In this document: positions 1 through 10,400 of the stretch, piece after piece
How positions within the stretch are numbered: position 1 is the stretch's first letter
How the letters are laid out: each line of letters starts with the position of its first letter
DNA from: an uncultured virus (IMG/VR IMGVR_UViG_3300046546_000013)
Lineage: Duplodnaviria > Heunggongvirae > Uroviricota > Caudoviricetes
Virus record (IMG/VR): IMGVR_UViG_3300046546_000013
Strand: one strand, 5' to 3'
Length of the DNA: 64,000 bases
Notes under the pieces: model-generated
Databases searched by the model: none
What the model saw: only the letters and a program-made list of their open reading frames with translations
What the model was told of the DNA's origin: nothing
Translations under genes and position numbers: made by a program

Positions 1-36
1 GCCGGCTGTTCGATTCTAAGTGAATTTGAATCAATG

Positions 37-76
37 AAAAAAGCTCCCTACTCTAAATTGAGTAAGGAGCTTTTTT
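37..76. terminator. Bidirectional intrinsic terminator after lysin 1
   Basis: aaaaaagctcc-ctactc..gagta-aggagctttttt stem with A and T tracts. Confidence 0.8.
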
Positions 77-1030
77 ATTACCACGGAAGCTTGTTGTTAT
101 TAAGCGCTCGTGTAAGGATTTGACCATATTAGACGTAGAGCTGAGAATGCCATCTTGCGTGGTACCCAAAGCTTTCTGCATCGCTTTGATTGTGTTTTTA
201 CCGCACAATCCATCGATTCCTCCATTGTAGTATCCTTTGGCTTTCAAGCCTTTTTGGATTACGCGAATCAAGTCAGATCCGATCAATGTCGTATCGAATT
301 GAGCCGAATGGAAGTTAGCGTTACACGCTTCTTTGTATTGGTGACTTACTTCTCCGTCTTTATAGGTATCGTGATACTCTTGTAAGCGTGTGGTTACTGC
401 AGGTCCCCACTTACCATCAACTGGCAATTTTGTAAACTGCTCAACGATGTTCGATGATGTATTACCAGATAGCAAGCTGTTCACTTTGTTTTGGACTTGG
501 GTCGCATCATATCCTGCAGACTTCAATGCCGCATTACGTTTGTCTCCATTTCCCCACAAGCCGTTGATGACTTCTTTAGCGACTACTTCAACTGATTTGC
601 CGCCAGTGGTTGTGCTTTCAGTAGTGACGATTCGGTAAAAATGATGCGTTAACCGTGTACTCATATATGAATCGTGGCTATCAGTGTGGATTCCGTTCCA
701 ATAATAGGAACAATGAATGAAACTTTGATTGCTTAGGAAAATACCTGTATGCCCACCTGACCCATTAGACTGACCAGGAGTACCAGCAACAAAAATGTCT
801 CCACGTTTCACTTCTGATCGACTAATTTCTTTCAATTTAGTACCTGACATTGCAAATAATGTTTCAGTGTTACCCATGGACCCGCTAGGTAGAAAACCAC
901 CTGCGATCATGGCCAAGAATACTGCAGAAGAACAGTCGTAGCTTTTAGGACCCAAACGACTTGTCATTGAATAGTTTACTTTACCTTCACGGTCTAGAAA
1001 CCATTTGATCATATTTTCAATTGAAGACAT
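53..1030 (-). CDS. Endolysin: NlpC/P60-type amidase/peptidase, CW_7-like repeat and peptidoglycan-binding domain; C-terminus frameshifted
   Basis: YDCSS...GHTGIF catalytic motifs; VAKEVINGLWGNG CW_7-like motif; DGLCGKNT PG-binding motif; near-identical to 42467..43417. Confidence 0.9.
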   Translation of the reverse strand: MSSIENMIKWFLDREGKVNYSMTSRLGPKSYDCSSAVFLAMIAGGFLPSGSMGNTETLFAMSGTKLKEISRSEVKRGDIFVAGTPGQSNGSGGHTGIFLSNQSFIHCSYYWNGIHTDSHDSYMSTRLTHHFYRIVTTESTTTGGKSVEVVAKEVINGLWGNGDKRNAALKSAGYDATQVQNKVNSLLSGNTSSNIVEQFTKLPVDGKWGPAVTTRLQEYHDTYKDGEVSHQYKEACNANFHSAQFDTTLIGSDLIRVIQKGLKAKGYYNGGIDGLCGKNTIKAMQKALGTTQDGILSSTSNMVKSLHERLITTSFRGNKKAPYSI

Positions 1031-1033
1031 GGA

Positions 1034-1282
1034 TTATTCCTCCTTCTTATCTGTGAACTCCTGACCGTCTCCATAATCTAGTTTTTGTTCATCTTGATAT
1101 TGGCTGCTAGCGATATTCAAGAACACACCGGCTAAAGTTGCAGCAGCCGTGATCGTCCCAACAATGATTTCTGTTGAAAATCCATATAAACCACCTAGAG
1201 TTACGATAAACGCCGTGATACCTGGCACCCCAACGGTTAAAACTTTTTTAGCTAGATCATACTGTTTGTTTGTTAATTTCAT
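1034..1282 (-). CDS. Holin
   Basis: 82 aa, two hydrophobic helices, charged C-terminus, directly upstream of the lysin. Confidence 0.85.
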   Translation of the reverse strand: MKLTNKQYDLAKKVLTVGVPGITAFIVTLGGLYGFSTEIIVGTITAAATLAGVFLNIASSQYQDEQKLDYGDGQEFTDKKEE

Positions 1283-1293
1283 GATAGTTCCTC

Positions 1294-1758
1294 CTAATGT
1301 TCATCAATTTCTTTTTGTTGCAGAATACCTTCATCACGTACATTTAAATTAGATACCTTGGCACGTAATGTGTCGCCAGTTCCATTTCCACCTAGATTCT
1401 TATAGGCTTCAAATAGATAATCAAAGTTGTTCAACTCACCAACAGTGATATATCCACGCTTAATGTACTCATCTGCTTTGTTCCAAATTTGGTTGTGCAA
1501 AGAAGCTTTCTCAGCTTTAACGATTTTCTGACTTCTGACCTCTGCCATTGCTTGATAATCTTCTACTTTTTGTAGACGTTTATCTTGGTCATTATTTGCC
1601 GTTTCTAAAGCTGTGATTGTCTGCTCCCTAAGTTCGTTCTCAGCCCTTTTAGCTTTAACTAGCTTAGTGACCCATGTACCTACTCGCCAAAGGGTAGCCA
1701 GTAAGCCGCTGCCAAATACTGCTGCCCAAAAACTATTGATCTCCAAAAATTCTTTCAT
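1294..1758 (-). CDS. Lysis-module membrane protein (one TM plus coiled coil)
   Basis: N-terminal TM; YKNLGGNG motif typical of phage pre-holin proteins; start refined to MKEFLEIN. Confidence 0.6.
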   Translation of the reverse strand: MKEFLEINSFWAAVFGSGLLATLWRVGTWVTKLVKAKRAENELREQTITALETANNDQDKRLQKVEDYQAMAEVRSQKIVKAEKASLHNQIWNKADEYIKRGYITVGELNNFDYLFEAYKNLGGNGTGDTLRAKVSNLNVRDEGILQQKEIDEH

Positions 1759-1817
1759 TCTAATTTCCCCCAACTGAACATATGCCACCTACTTTCATAA
1801 ACTAAAAAGAGCAAGCT

Positions 1818-2066
1818 TTACGCCTGCTCCTCCACTTCATTTAATAAATCATCTTCAATAGCCCAGACTTTTTCTTGAAACTCGTCAACGTCCTTACGGC
1901 ATTCCACGCGATTCTGCCGATATAGATTTTGATCCGTGATCGATTGGTTAATAGTGGTGTTTCCTGCACTGTCTGTTGTGACATTTGCGGATAAGTAAAT
2001 TGCTTGTTGTCCATTGACTTTTGATTCACCAGTGATACTAATTGATTTTTTAACTCCTAATGCCAT
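1818..2066 (-). CDS. Phage hypothetical protein
   Basis: GGAGG RBS before MALGVKK. Confidence 0.7.
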   Translation of the reverse strand: MALGVKKSISITGESKVNGQQAIYLSANVTTDSAGNTTINQSITDQNLYRQNRVECRKDVDEFQEKVWAIEDDLLNEVEEQA

Positions 2067-2101
2067 GATAGTTTCCTCCAATTTTTTTTTTAGAAAGCTA
2101 G

Positions 2102-2515
2102 TTACTCAACGTTTTCCTTTTCAAACTCATCTAGCAGCCGATCATATACTTCGGCGTCCTTTCCGGATAACATGCCATCGTAGTCTTCTAAGATTCGAGG
2201 AATTTCATCAAAATTCCGGGCATACATGCCACCTTCAATTACGACTTCTTCTTCCATGAGGATTGCTTGTTCCTTGTTGAATCCAGCTACATCTTTCGCA
2301 TCTTGACTCTCGCCATCTTTTAGTTGTCCATTTTCATCCAACAAATTGAATTTTTCCATGAGTGCCTTTTCTTCATCTGATAATTCTTTGAACGCTTCTC
2401 GGATCCGCTTGACTAATTTTGTACGATGGCGGCTGTCTTTGTTTGCCTTGAGTGTCATATCTTCTAAGAAATTGATTGCCGGCGCTAATTCGCTGTTCTT
2501 TAAAGTGATTTTCAT
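2102..2515 (-). CDS. DUF1617-like phage protein
   Basis: Position after the tail fibre; similar to 44108..44542 (DAEVYDRLLD vs DADVYDELMD). Confidence 0.6.
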   Translation of the reverse strand: MKITLKNSELAPAINFLEDMTLKANKDSRHRTKLVKRIREAFKELSDEEKALMEKFNLLDENGQLKDGESQDAKDVAGFNKEQAILMEEEVVIEGGMYARNFDEIPRILEDYDGMLSGKDAEVYDRLLDEFEKENVE

Positions 2516-2546
2516 TGTAATTCCTCCATAAAATAAGAGTTAGAAG

Positions 2547-5500
2547 CTATGCAGCTTCTAACTCTTTTAGTTTGTTTTTCAATTGACTTACTTCTTTTTT
2601 TAGAGATTGGATCTCCTGCTCATGATCACTAAGGATAACATTTTGATACATGGTCAAACGATCATAAGCTAAACCTTCAACTTGACCAGAAGAACCATAT
2701 AAAACGACTTCCTTTAATCCTTTATTATCGAAATCATCAGCCACAAACCCGTAATGCCTTTGTGGTTTGTCTCCGCGAGCAATTTCAGCTTTATCGTACC
2801 AAGATGAAGGGAGAATAGACAAAAACCGTTTTGCTTTAGAAATTACTTCATCGGCCACTTGAATATCTTCTTTATACTTTCTTGCAGAAGTCGATCGACC
2901 TATAGTTCCTGCATTTGTTATAAACATATTTGATGCACTAGAATAGGTTCGATTATAAATGGCCATGCTCCAAATTCTTGGCGTACTATCCAGACCTAGC
3001 GAAATACCTGCAGGAGCATTAGAAAAATAACTATCACCGCCATTATTTAATTCTAATCGATCGGTTTTTAAAGTCATATTCGCTCCAGAGTAAACATCTA
3101 ATTTTATCTGGTTATACTTAGCTTCAATTGGCGTGTATAATGAACCACTTTGATTATGCTTTATACGAACCCCATATTCTCCTTCCACAGAAAGATATTT
3201 GTCTCCATCCATTTGCATGACATAGCTGTCCTTGTTACCGGTGACAATTCTTTTTGCTTCCACGGTATTTGTACTAATAAATCTGAGTTTTGCGTTCACT
3301 GTGTTGTTGAAGTTAACTATTGCGTCCACATTTCCCAAACCGTACATTTTCCACTCCATATTCGTTCTTGAAGACGTATCTGGAATTTGAAAGATTGGCA
3401 TAGAAGTTGTATCAGTTGCTGATCCGGTATTTATTGAAAATACCTCTCCAGGCATCTGCACAATGGCTAATCCCACAGGTTCTTTCGACACATAGATAGG
3501 CTGGATTCTGGCTAATTCGTTTGTGCTTCTTCTAAAATAAATGCTCCCTTTTAGAAGTTCCATACTATATTCACCGGAATCTGACTGAGTTATTCTCCCA
3601 CCAGTCAGATCAATTGCATTTAAAGTGCCCGACACAATGCTATTCGCATTTAAGTTGATAATGTTCACATTTGAAGCGTTTAGCGTTCCAGTGGTAATCT
3701 TGGTTGCTGATAGACTACCGATTTTAGCATCAGTGATCGCTGCATCCGCAATCTGAGCAGTGCCAACTGCGAGATTTGCTATCTGCGCTCTACCGATAAC
3801 ACCGTCTTCAATAGTAGTCTGGCCGGTTATCCGAACTTTATTACCGGCAATTAAAATTTCTTCTGTAGATAAGTTGATTTGATTGATTACATCATCTTTT
3901 TGAACCCTAACATTCAATTGGTCACCCAAACTACTAATCTGACTTGTGTGACCATTAGCTAAGTCCGTTGTTTGTTGCCATTGACTAGCCAACTGTGTTA
4001 CCTGAGACTGATCAGCCTTGTTAGAAACTGTAGTCTGAATAGTATCCACACGTTGAACAAAACTAGAGAATTTGACCACACTGACTTGATCTTCTGGAGA
4101 TGGTACCCAGTCATTGACGATGGTTCCCTCAGCAATCATAGCGTGCCAGATAATAAATTCTAAATCATCCGCCACCACATTTCGATAGAATACAAACTGC
4201 ATGGCAGCTGTACCAGCAGCTTGCTTAGCTGGATTCCAAACTAATCTTGCGGTTGTTCCGGCTGGCACATCTAAGAACTGGCTGATATTATTGTGGACTC
4301 TCATCGCTTTCGTTCCAGTATTGCTGATATAAATACTATGGATGTAGTTTACATTAGCAGTTATGATACGGTTAGCTCGAAGAGTACCAACAATGACGTT
4401 AGTTCCTCCAGTCACATTGTGTTTGACTGCATTTGTAGCTTTCCATTCAGTTACAGATTGATTCTCGGTATAAGTTATTGTAGATCCTAAATAATTTGCC
4501 ACCTTAGGGGATTCAGAATTAGGTAAATAATTTCTAGCCCCTACCGACAAGTTATCAAGATCATTTTTAACACTGCTAACTGTACTGCTTAGTCCGGAAT
4601 AGCTCGATTGTAAACTGCCAATTTGAGTAGTGTGTCCATCAGTTTTTGTATTTAAGGCAGTGATTTGACCAGCTTGAGTATTTAAAGACGATTCAACAGA
4701 AGTCACTTTTCCACTAATCGTTTCTACATCAGTTTTATTAGCCTTAATTTCTATCTGCCCAGCCATTGTTGTGATTTGACCTTCAGCAGTTGATACTCTT
4801 CCTGTTAGAGTATTAACTGTACTTGAATCAGCCTTTTGGGTGATAGCATTAGTATTTTGTGTGATCTTAGTCGTTTGATTTCCGACAGTTCCTTCAAGTG
4901 TGTTAAATTTATCTTGGCTGACTTTTCGTGAAAGCTCACCGTTGATTTCACTTAACTCAACTTTTACTTCACCATCTACTTTATTTGGATCTTTTATCCA
5001 AGTATAGTCTTCTGGATTTGTTGATTTTTCATTGCTAAAACCAATATACGTTGGATAGGCGTTGGTAAAGTCGTCGGCCGGCGCCGGTGTGTAAATTGTA
5101 GCTGTATCAGTTGCCGATTCTGCCTTTTCTATTTTAACGTTAGTGATCTCAAAAAAATCACTAGTATCATAAACACTATAAAACTCAATCGTATCGTAAT
5201 CTAGCGTTGCGTCCGTCCGTTTAGTAAGAACCGTGTTTACTTCTAACCGTGTTTTTTCGGTCCCTACATTACGAATTAGCTTACTGGTAAAGATGAAAGG
5301 TCCCTTACGATTTGAATTATAAACGGTTAATTGTAGTCCTTTAAGCATTACAATGTCAAAAGATATAACGGCCCTATCGCCTGATTCAAAATTGTCGACC
5401 CAGGTGGTCCCGATATTAAGAGTTTGGTATTCTTTTCCCGATCTAGCTGCAGCTTCCAGGTCGCCGATTTTGGCGGTTTGACTACCTAAAAAATAGTTTT

Positions 5501-7115
5501 CGTTAGGGTACTGCGTCGTAAAGCGATCAGTACCATCAGCACTCCAAGCGTAAGCTGGGAACATGCCTAATTCTTTAAACTTATCAATTGCTGCCTGCGC
5601 ATCGGTCTTAGCACTGTTAGCAGCGTTCAATGCGTTTTGAGCATTTGAAACTGCCAGCTGTGCATCTTGCTTTGCTGTATTGGCGTTTGATATTGCGGAA
5701 GAAGCGTCAGCTTTTGCTTGATTAGCTGCAGCATTTGATTGATCTGCTTTCACACTAGCTTCATTAGCTTTACTTACAGCATTGTTGGCGTTACTTAATG
5801 CATTGGCAGAATCCGTCTTCGCTTGATCAGCTGCTTCTTGAGCATTTTCTCCTGCTTGTTTTGCCTGTTCGATTTCTTTTACCAAATCAGGATCTGTTGC
5901 AGTGGATACTTTAAACACCCAATCCAATTCTCCAGAACTATTTTTCTCGTATACCCAAATCTCAGTATCTACACCATTTGGCTTAAACCAAATATCGCCT
6001 TCTTTTGGATCTATAGGCTCTGTTTGATCGTAGTAATTGCTGTTCCATTTATTGGCACTAAGAAGAGATTCAACATAATCCACTCGTTGATTTAAAGGAC
6101 CACGGTATCTATAAGTTGCCTGTGAACTTGAATTGGTATTTGCTTTTGATTCTGAAGACATTCCACCATTAAAGGTGATATTGTACGACAGATTAGGGAC
6201 AGAATATCTAGTACCGTCTTTATCAACAATATAGATCCAGTCTCCTGCTTCCAAAATGGGACTTCCACGCCACTTCAATTCGTAAGGAAAATAATTAAGT
6301 GTCTTGACTAGTTCCCACATTTGATTCAAATGTGTTTGAGTCATCACTTTATTCTCAAGCTCAACTTGTGATCCATTGGTAGAACCAACGCGAATGACAT
6401 CCGTTTCTTCTTCACCGGTTTTCACCGTGATGCCACCAATTCGATAGCTGTTCTCATTTTTAGTAAATCCCTTTAACATGTATGATTCTGGAGTGATTTC
6501 AAAGTTTGTGGGTGCTAGTCTTTTTATTGTTAATTCACCCTTGCGGTTAAAACTTGCAAAACCACCTTCAAACTGAGCAATCAAACCGATTGCTTGGCGA
6601 AACGTATATCCTACAGGTTTCTGAACCCACTCAGTTCCAAGAGAAGCAAATGAGGCTTGATCAATTTCAACACCTGCTAAATTAGCTATTTCTAACGCAA
6701 CTTCCCGATATGGCTTAGGATAGGTTAATTTTGATTCATATATTCCTTCCATATAAATCATTTTGTCATTTGCAGTAATTGTAGTCTTATTACTGTTTCT
6801 ATCACGCTCAAAGTCTGTTATAAAAAAATGACCTAATTTAGTGAACTGATATTCACCATTAATTAAAATCCCCAACTCTGGTTCAATTTCTAAATCTTCT
6901 TTCACTGTTTCAATAATTGTTGGAAAAACTACCTGAACCGAATTCAGAGGGGTTGAACCAATCTGAAACACTTCACCCGATATACTGCCAGAATTAAAAG
7001 AGAGTGAGGTAATTTCCTCACTCCCATAGGTGATATCATTCATTTTTAATCTGATTGACAATTGCCTTGATGTATTAAGCCAAGCAGCATGAATTTCTTC
7101 ACTTGTGGCTAACAA
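2547..7115 (-). CDS. Baseplate/tail fibre (host-recognition) protein with C-terminal S74-type intramolecular chaperone
   Basis: 1522 aa; KEGDIWF motif, coiled coils, AxIAxL repeats, C-terminal SARKYKEDI...HYGFVAD...LAYDRL plus coiled coil. Confidence 0.85.
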   Translation of the reverse strand: MLATSEEIHAAWLNTSRQLSIRLKMNDITYGSEEITSLSFNSGSISGEVFQIGSTPLNSVQVVFPTIIETVKEDLEIEPELGILINGEYQFTKLGHFFITDFERDRNSNKTTITANDKMIYMEGIYESKLTYPKPYREVALEIANLAGVEIDQASFASLGTEWVQKPVGYTFRQAIGLIAQFEGGFASFNRKGELTIKRLAPTNFEITPESYMLKGFTKNENSYRIGGITVKTGEEETDVIRVGSTNGSQVELENKVMTQTHLNQMWELVKTLNYFPYELKWRGSPILEAGDWIYIVDKDGTRYSVPNLSYNITFNGGMSSESKANTNSSSQATYRYRGPLNQRVDYVESLLSANKWNSNYYDQTEPIDPKEGDIWFKPNGVDTEIWVYEKNSSGELDWVFKVSTATDPDLVKEIEQAKQAGENAQEAADQAKTDSANALSNANNAVSKANEASVKADQSNAAANQAKADASSAISNANTAKQDAQLAVSNAQNALNAANSAKTDAQAAIDKFKELGMFPAYAWSADGTDRFTTQYPNENYFLGSQTAKIGDLEAAARSGKEYQTLNIGTTWVDNFESGDRAVISFDIVMLKGLQLTVYNSNRKGPFIFTSKLIRNVGTEKTRLEVNTVLTKRTDATLDYDTIEFYSVYDTSDFFEITNVKIEKAESATDTATIYTPAPADDFTNAYPTYIGFSNEKSTNPEDYTWIKDPNKVDGEVKVELSEINGELSRKVSQDKFNTLEGTVGNQTTKITQNTNAITQKADSSTVNTLTGRVSTAEGQITTMAGQIEIKANKTDVETISGKVTSVESSLNTQAGQITALNTKTDGHTTQIGSLQSSYSGLSSTVSSVKNDLDNLSVGARNYLPNSESPKVANYLGSTITYTENQSVTEWKATNAVKHNVTGGTNVIVGTLRANRIITANVNYIHSIYISNTGTKAMRVHNNISQFLDVPAGTTARLVWNPAKQAAGTAAMQFVFYRNVVADDLEFIIWHAMIAEGTIVNDWVPSPEDQVSVVKFSSFVQRVDTIQTTVSNKADQSQVTQLASQWQQTTDLANGHTSQISSLGDQLNVRVQKDDVINQINLSTEEILIAGNKVRITGQTTIEDGVIGRAQIANLAVGTAQIADAAITDAKIGSLSATKITTGTLNASNVNIINLNANSIVSGTLNAIDLTGGRITQSDSGEYSMELLKGSIYFRRSTNELARIQPIYVSKEPVGLAIVQMPGEVFSINTGSATDTTSMPIFQIPDTSSRTNMEWKMYGLGNVDAIVNFNNTVNAKLRFISTNTVEAKRIVTGNKDSYVMQMDGDKYLSVEGEYGVRIKHNQSGSLYTPIEAKYNQIKLDVYSGANMTLKTDRLELNNGGDSYFSNAPAGISLGLDSTPRIWSMAIYNRTYSSASNMFITNAGTIGRSTSARKYKEDIQVADEVISKAKRFLSILPSSWYDKAEIARGDKPQRHYGFVADDFDNKGLKEVVLYGSSGQVEGLAYDRLTMYQNVILSDHEQEIQSLKKEVSQLKNKLKELEAA

Positions 7116-7125
7116 ATTTCCTCAC

Positions 7126-7482
7126 CTACCTCTCAATAAAACTCATCGTTAAGCCTTCCCACTTTGGCAGTTTATCATGCCAAGAGTATGCTGGAGCCGT
7201 TCGATCACCGACATAGAATGTTTTTGTAACAATGCCACCTTCCATGGGATCTGGATAAGTGACTTCAAAAAATACCGGCATCACCGCTTTTAAAATTGGT
7301 GAAATTTCTGCATCAGTTAGCGGACCCCACTCAAGGTCCATTTTCCTTTTTGTGGTTAGATAATCACGGGTCATATCACCTTTGGCGTTACGACCAGAAT
7401 CACCATCAACCGCTTGGATACCAGCTGTAAACTTTTTAGGATTCTTGATCGTAACACCATTTATTTTTAAATATCCAGCCAT
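7126..7482 (-). CDS. Small distal-tail (Dit-like) protein
   Basis: Between tape measure and fibre; DSGRNAKGDM..FYVGDR motifs. Confidence 0.65.
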   Translation of the reverse strand: MAGYLKINGVTIKNPKKFTAGIQAVDGDSGRNAKGDMTRDYLTTKRKMDLEWGPLTDAEISPILKAVMPVFFEVTYPDPMEGGIVTKTFYVGDRTAPAYSWHDKLPKWEGLTMSFIER

Positions 7483-7496
7483 AAAATCACTCCTTC

Positions 7497-10400
7497 CTAT
7501 ATGTTTAACTCGGTATACCCAAGCTGTTGATGGTATTTGTTGATTTCTTTAACTGCAATACGTCCGAATTCTTTACCGCCAATATTAATGACAATATCAC
7601 CATTTGGCGCTTGTGTTGGCGTTGCTCCCAATGCAGAAATAGCATTCATCAATGTGGTTACCATAGATGAAGTGAAGTCTTTCATACCGCCACCTTCATA
7701 GTTCATTTGATTGTTGTTACTAAACGTACTGTTAGACGGTGTGAACGTTGGTTCTTGGAACATTTCCGGCAACACTATACTTGAATTGAACATATCCAGT
7801 CCAAGATACTCAACGGCTTGTTGAATCAATTCAGCGGCACGTTGTGGTTTCTCTAGTGGAATAACCATCTCTTTCTTGTTTCCTTCGCCCATACGGTATA
7901 AACCGTCTTGATTGACTATGCCGCCGTTTTCATAACCTACAATTCTTCGACCAGTTGGTCCCCAACCTCTGCGACCATAAGGTAGGTCATACCGCCAATT
8001 TGAATTATTGAAGAAAGCTAACAATTGATGATAGCCATTAAAAATATTTTCATAGCCGCGAAGTTTATAAGCATTAAACGTGGACGGGATATATTGAAGC
8101 AGGCCTCTTGCTGGGTTCCCATTTGCCATGTTTATATCCCACACAGCTGAGCTTTGAGTAATACTCTGATTACCACCAGACTCTCTTTGAATTTGAGCGA
8201 GAACTCCATTAATTTCAGAACTGCTAATCCGCTGTCCTAGTTTGCTTGCAGCCTGTTTGATTTTCGATGTCCATCCACCATTACCTACAGCAGCACCGCC
8301 GATTGCACCAAACGAAGCATTTTTGTCGATATCGCTTGGTCCAAGAGATCCATTGATATGCAAGTGATCGTAGTGGTCATTCTGCGGCCATCTTACCCAA
8401 CTGCCACTTGATCCAGTACCAGACATTCCTTTACGGTCTCGAACTTTCCCTTGAGTGATTACATAAGCTACTTTTGATGCAAAGTTATCAAACACCCAAT
8501 TGGCAGGAGCCATGTATTTAGATGATCCATTCATACTTGCTGGATACGCAACGTCAATTGCCTGATGCTTCCCATGGGAATGAGGGTCCCCTGGTCTGAA
8601 ACCAGAGGTGATTCGCATACCTGGATATCGATCGACAGTCTTTCTAGCGATATCGTATAGGTATTTGTATACACCCCAACTTCCCATTGATCCATCAAAC
8701 GAACTATTTTGTGCTTCATGTCCTGCAGCAAATTTTGATTTAAACCATTCATAGGAACCCTCAGCAACAGTTCCAACAGCTCCTTTAGCCATTGATAATG
8801 CTGGCTCAAAAGCATTACTTAAATTAACAAATTTGGAAACTGCAGCATTCAATAACTTTTTAGGATTAGATGCATAAGACCAAATGTCTGAAGCAATTTC
8901 TTTTGCACCATTCCACTTTTCTTTGAACCAGTCACCTATTCCGTTAGCATAGGCCGGCACTCCGTACATTGCAGCAGTCTTTGGACCACTCAACACAGAT
9001 GTTCCTTTTGGCAAATTTACCATCAAATTTCGCTGTGCCGGGAAGATACCTGTGCGACCGTCTGGCGTACGATAGGCTTCTTGATAGTTAGATCCTAATC
9101 CATCATTGACTAAAGCAGGCCCACCCGGGTGATATCCAGTACCTCTTGCATATTTGGGGACTTCCCACGAAGATAGCGTACTTTTTCCAGCTCCCACCTT
9201 TTTTAGAACCCAGTTGATACCATCAATGACGCCATTAACACCCTTACCTATTACACTAATCATGCCATTGAAGATCTTTCCAGCACCATCTTTTACAGAC
9301 TTAACACCATTACTTAAACCTTTTCCGATTTTGCTTCCAAGACCATTTGCCCAATCGCCAATCTTTTCAAAAACACTCGAAGCAGTAGACTTCATCGAAT
9401 TTAAAGAATTGCTCATATTTGTTCTTAATGTTGAAAAAGCATTGCTAGCGTTATTCTTAGCTGCTCCGGCCTGGTTTGAAACCTTATCTTTGATTTCATC
9501 CCATTTTGATCGCGTATTGCTCCAAGTCTCAGACCATCGATCAGAGACATTTCTTTTTAATTCTTGCAGTCTTGTTGAAGCATTTTCCTTAGCGGTTTTG
9601 GCTTTAGACGAAATAGTAGTAGAAAAGTTATCCCAAGTGTCCTTGGTGTTTTTCTTAACATCTGACCATCTGTTACTTACAGATTTCCAAATATCAGAGG
9701 CTTTATCAGAGACTGTTTTTTTCGCATCATTCCATTTTTCGCTAGTCCACTTAGTAACTTTTCCCCAAGCTTCTGAAGTGGCCGTTTTAATGCCATCCCA
9801 TTTTTCTCCAATCCATTTACCAAGTTTCCCTGCTGCTTCTTTAATCGTATCCCAATTTTTCCAAAGTAACACACCTGCAGCTACAGTTGCAGCAATCGCA
9901 ATGGTTATTGGCCCACCTAAAACTGCTACTACTCCACCAATTGCACTGCCCACAGCCGATAGAATTCCAGCAAGTCCACCTATTGAACTGAGGAAACCGA
10001 ATATTGAACTCAATACTCCGACGACTGTAGATAAGATACTTAATAATTTTAAGGTCGCCACAAATGTTCCGAAAACAATTACAAAGTTAGAAAAACCTTC
10101 AGAGTGCTTGGTTATCCAATCCCCTATATCAGATAATACGTCGGCTAAAGATTCTATGAATTCAACAACTACTCCGCCAGTCCATGTTGCTATAGGTTTT
10201 AAGAAGTTATCCCACAACCATTTAAAAGCAGGCTTTAACCCCTCGATAATTCCGTTTAGTAAATTTAGAGCACCACTAAGTAAATCTAAAAATGCCGGTA
10301 TGACATTTTCTATAGTAAATTTTGCTAACGGCAGTAAAACATTCTCATAAAACCAAGCTAGTCCAGCTCCTATATTTTCCGCTAGCGGCTGAATAGATTT

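Noticed and set aside
1755..1781. 8-codon mini-ORF (MFSWGKLE*) overlapping the start of 1294..1758
   Set aside because: Resembles the 5' end of the prophage 2 gene at 44072 and is probably a recombination remnant; too short to support a function
2547..7115. Diversity-generating retroelement or invertible fibre cassette
   Set aside because: No reverse transcriptase, TR/VR pair, or adjacent invertase with alternative fibre ends was seen
9154..10350. 398-aa plus-strand ORF
   Set aside because: Antisense shadow of the tape measure gene, with no RBS or protein-like features; the same applies to most short track ORFs opposite structural genes
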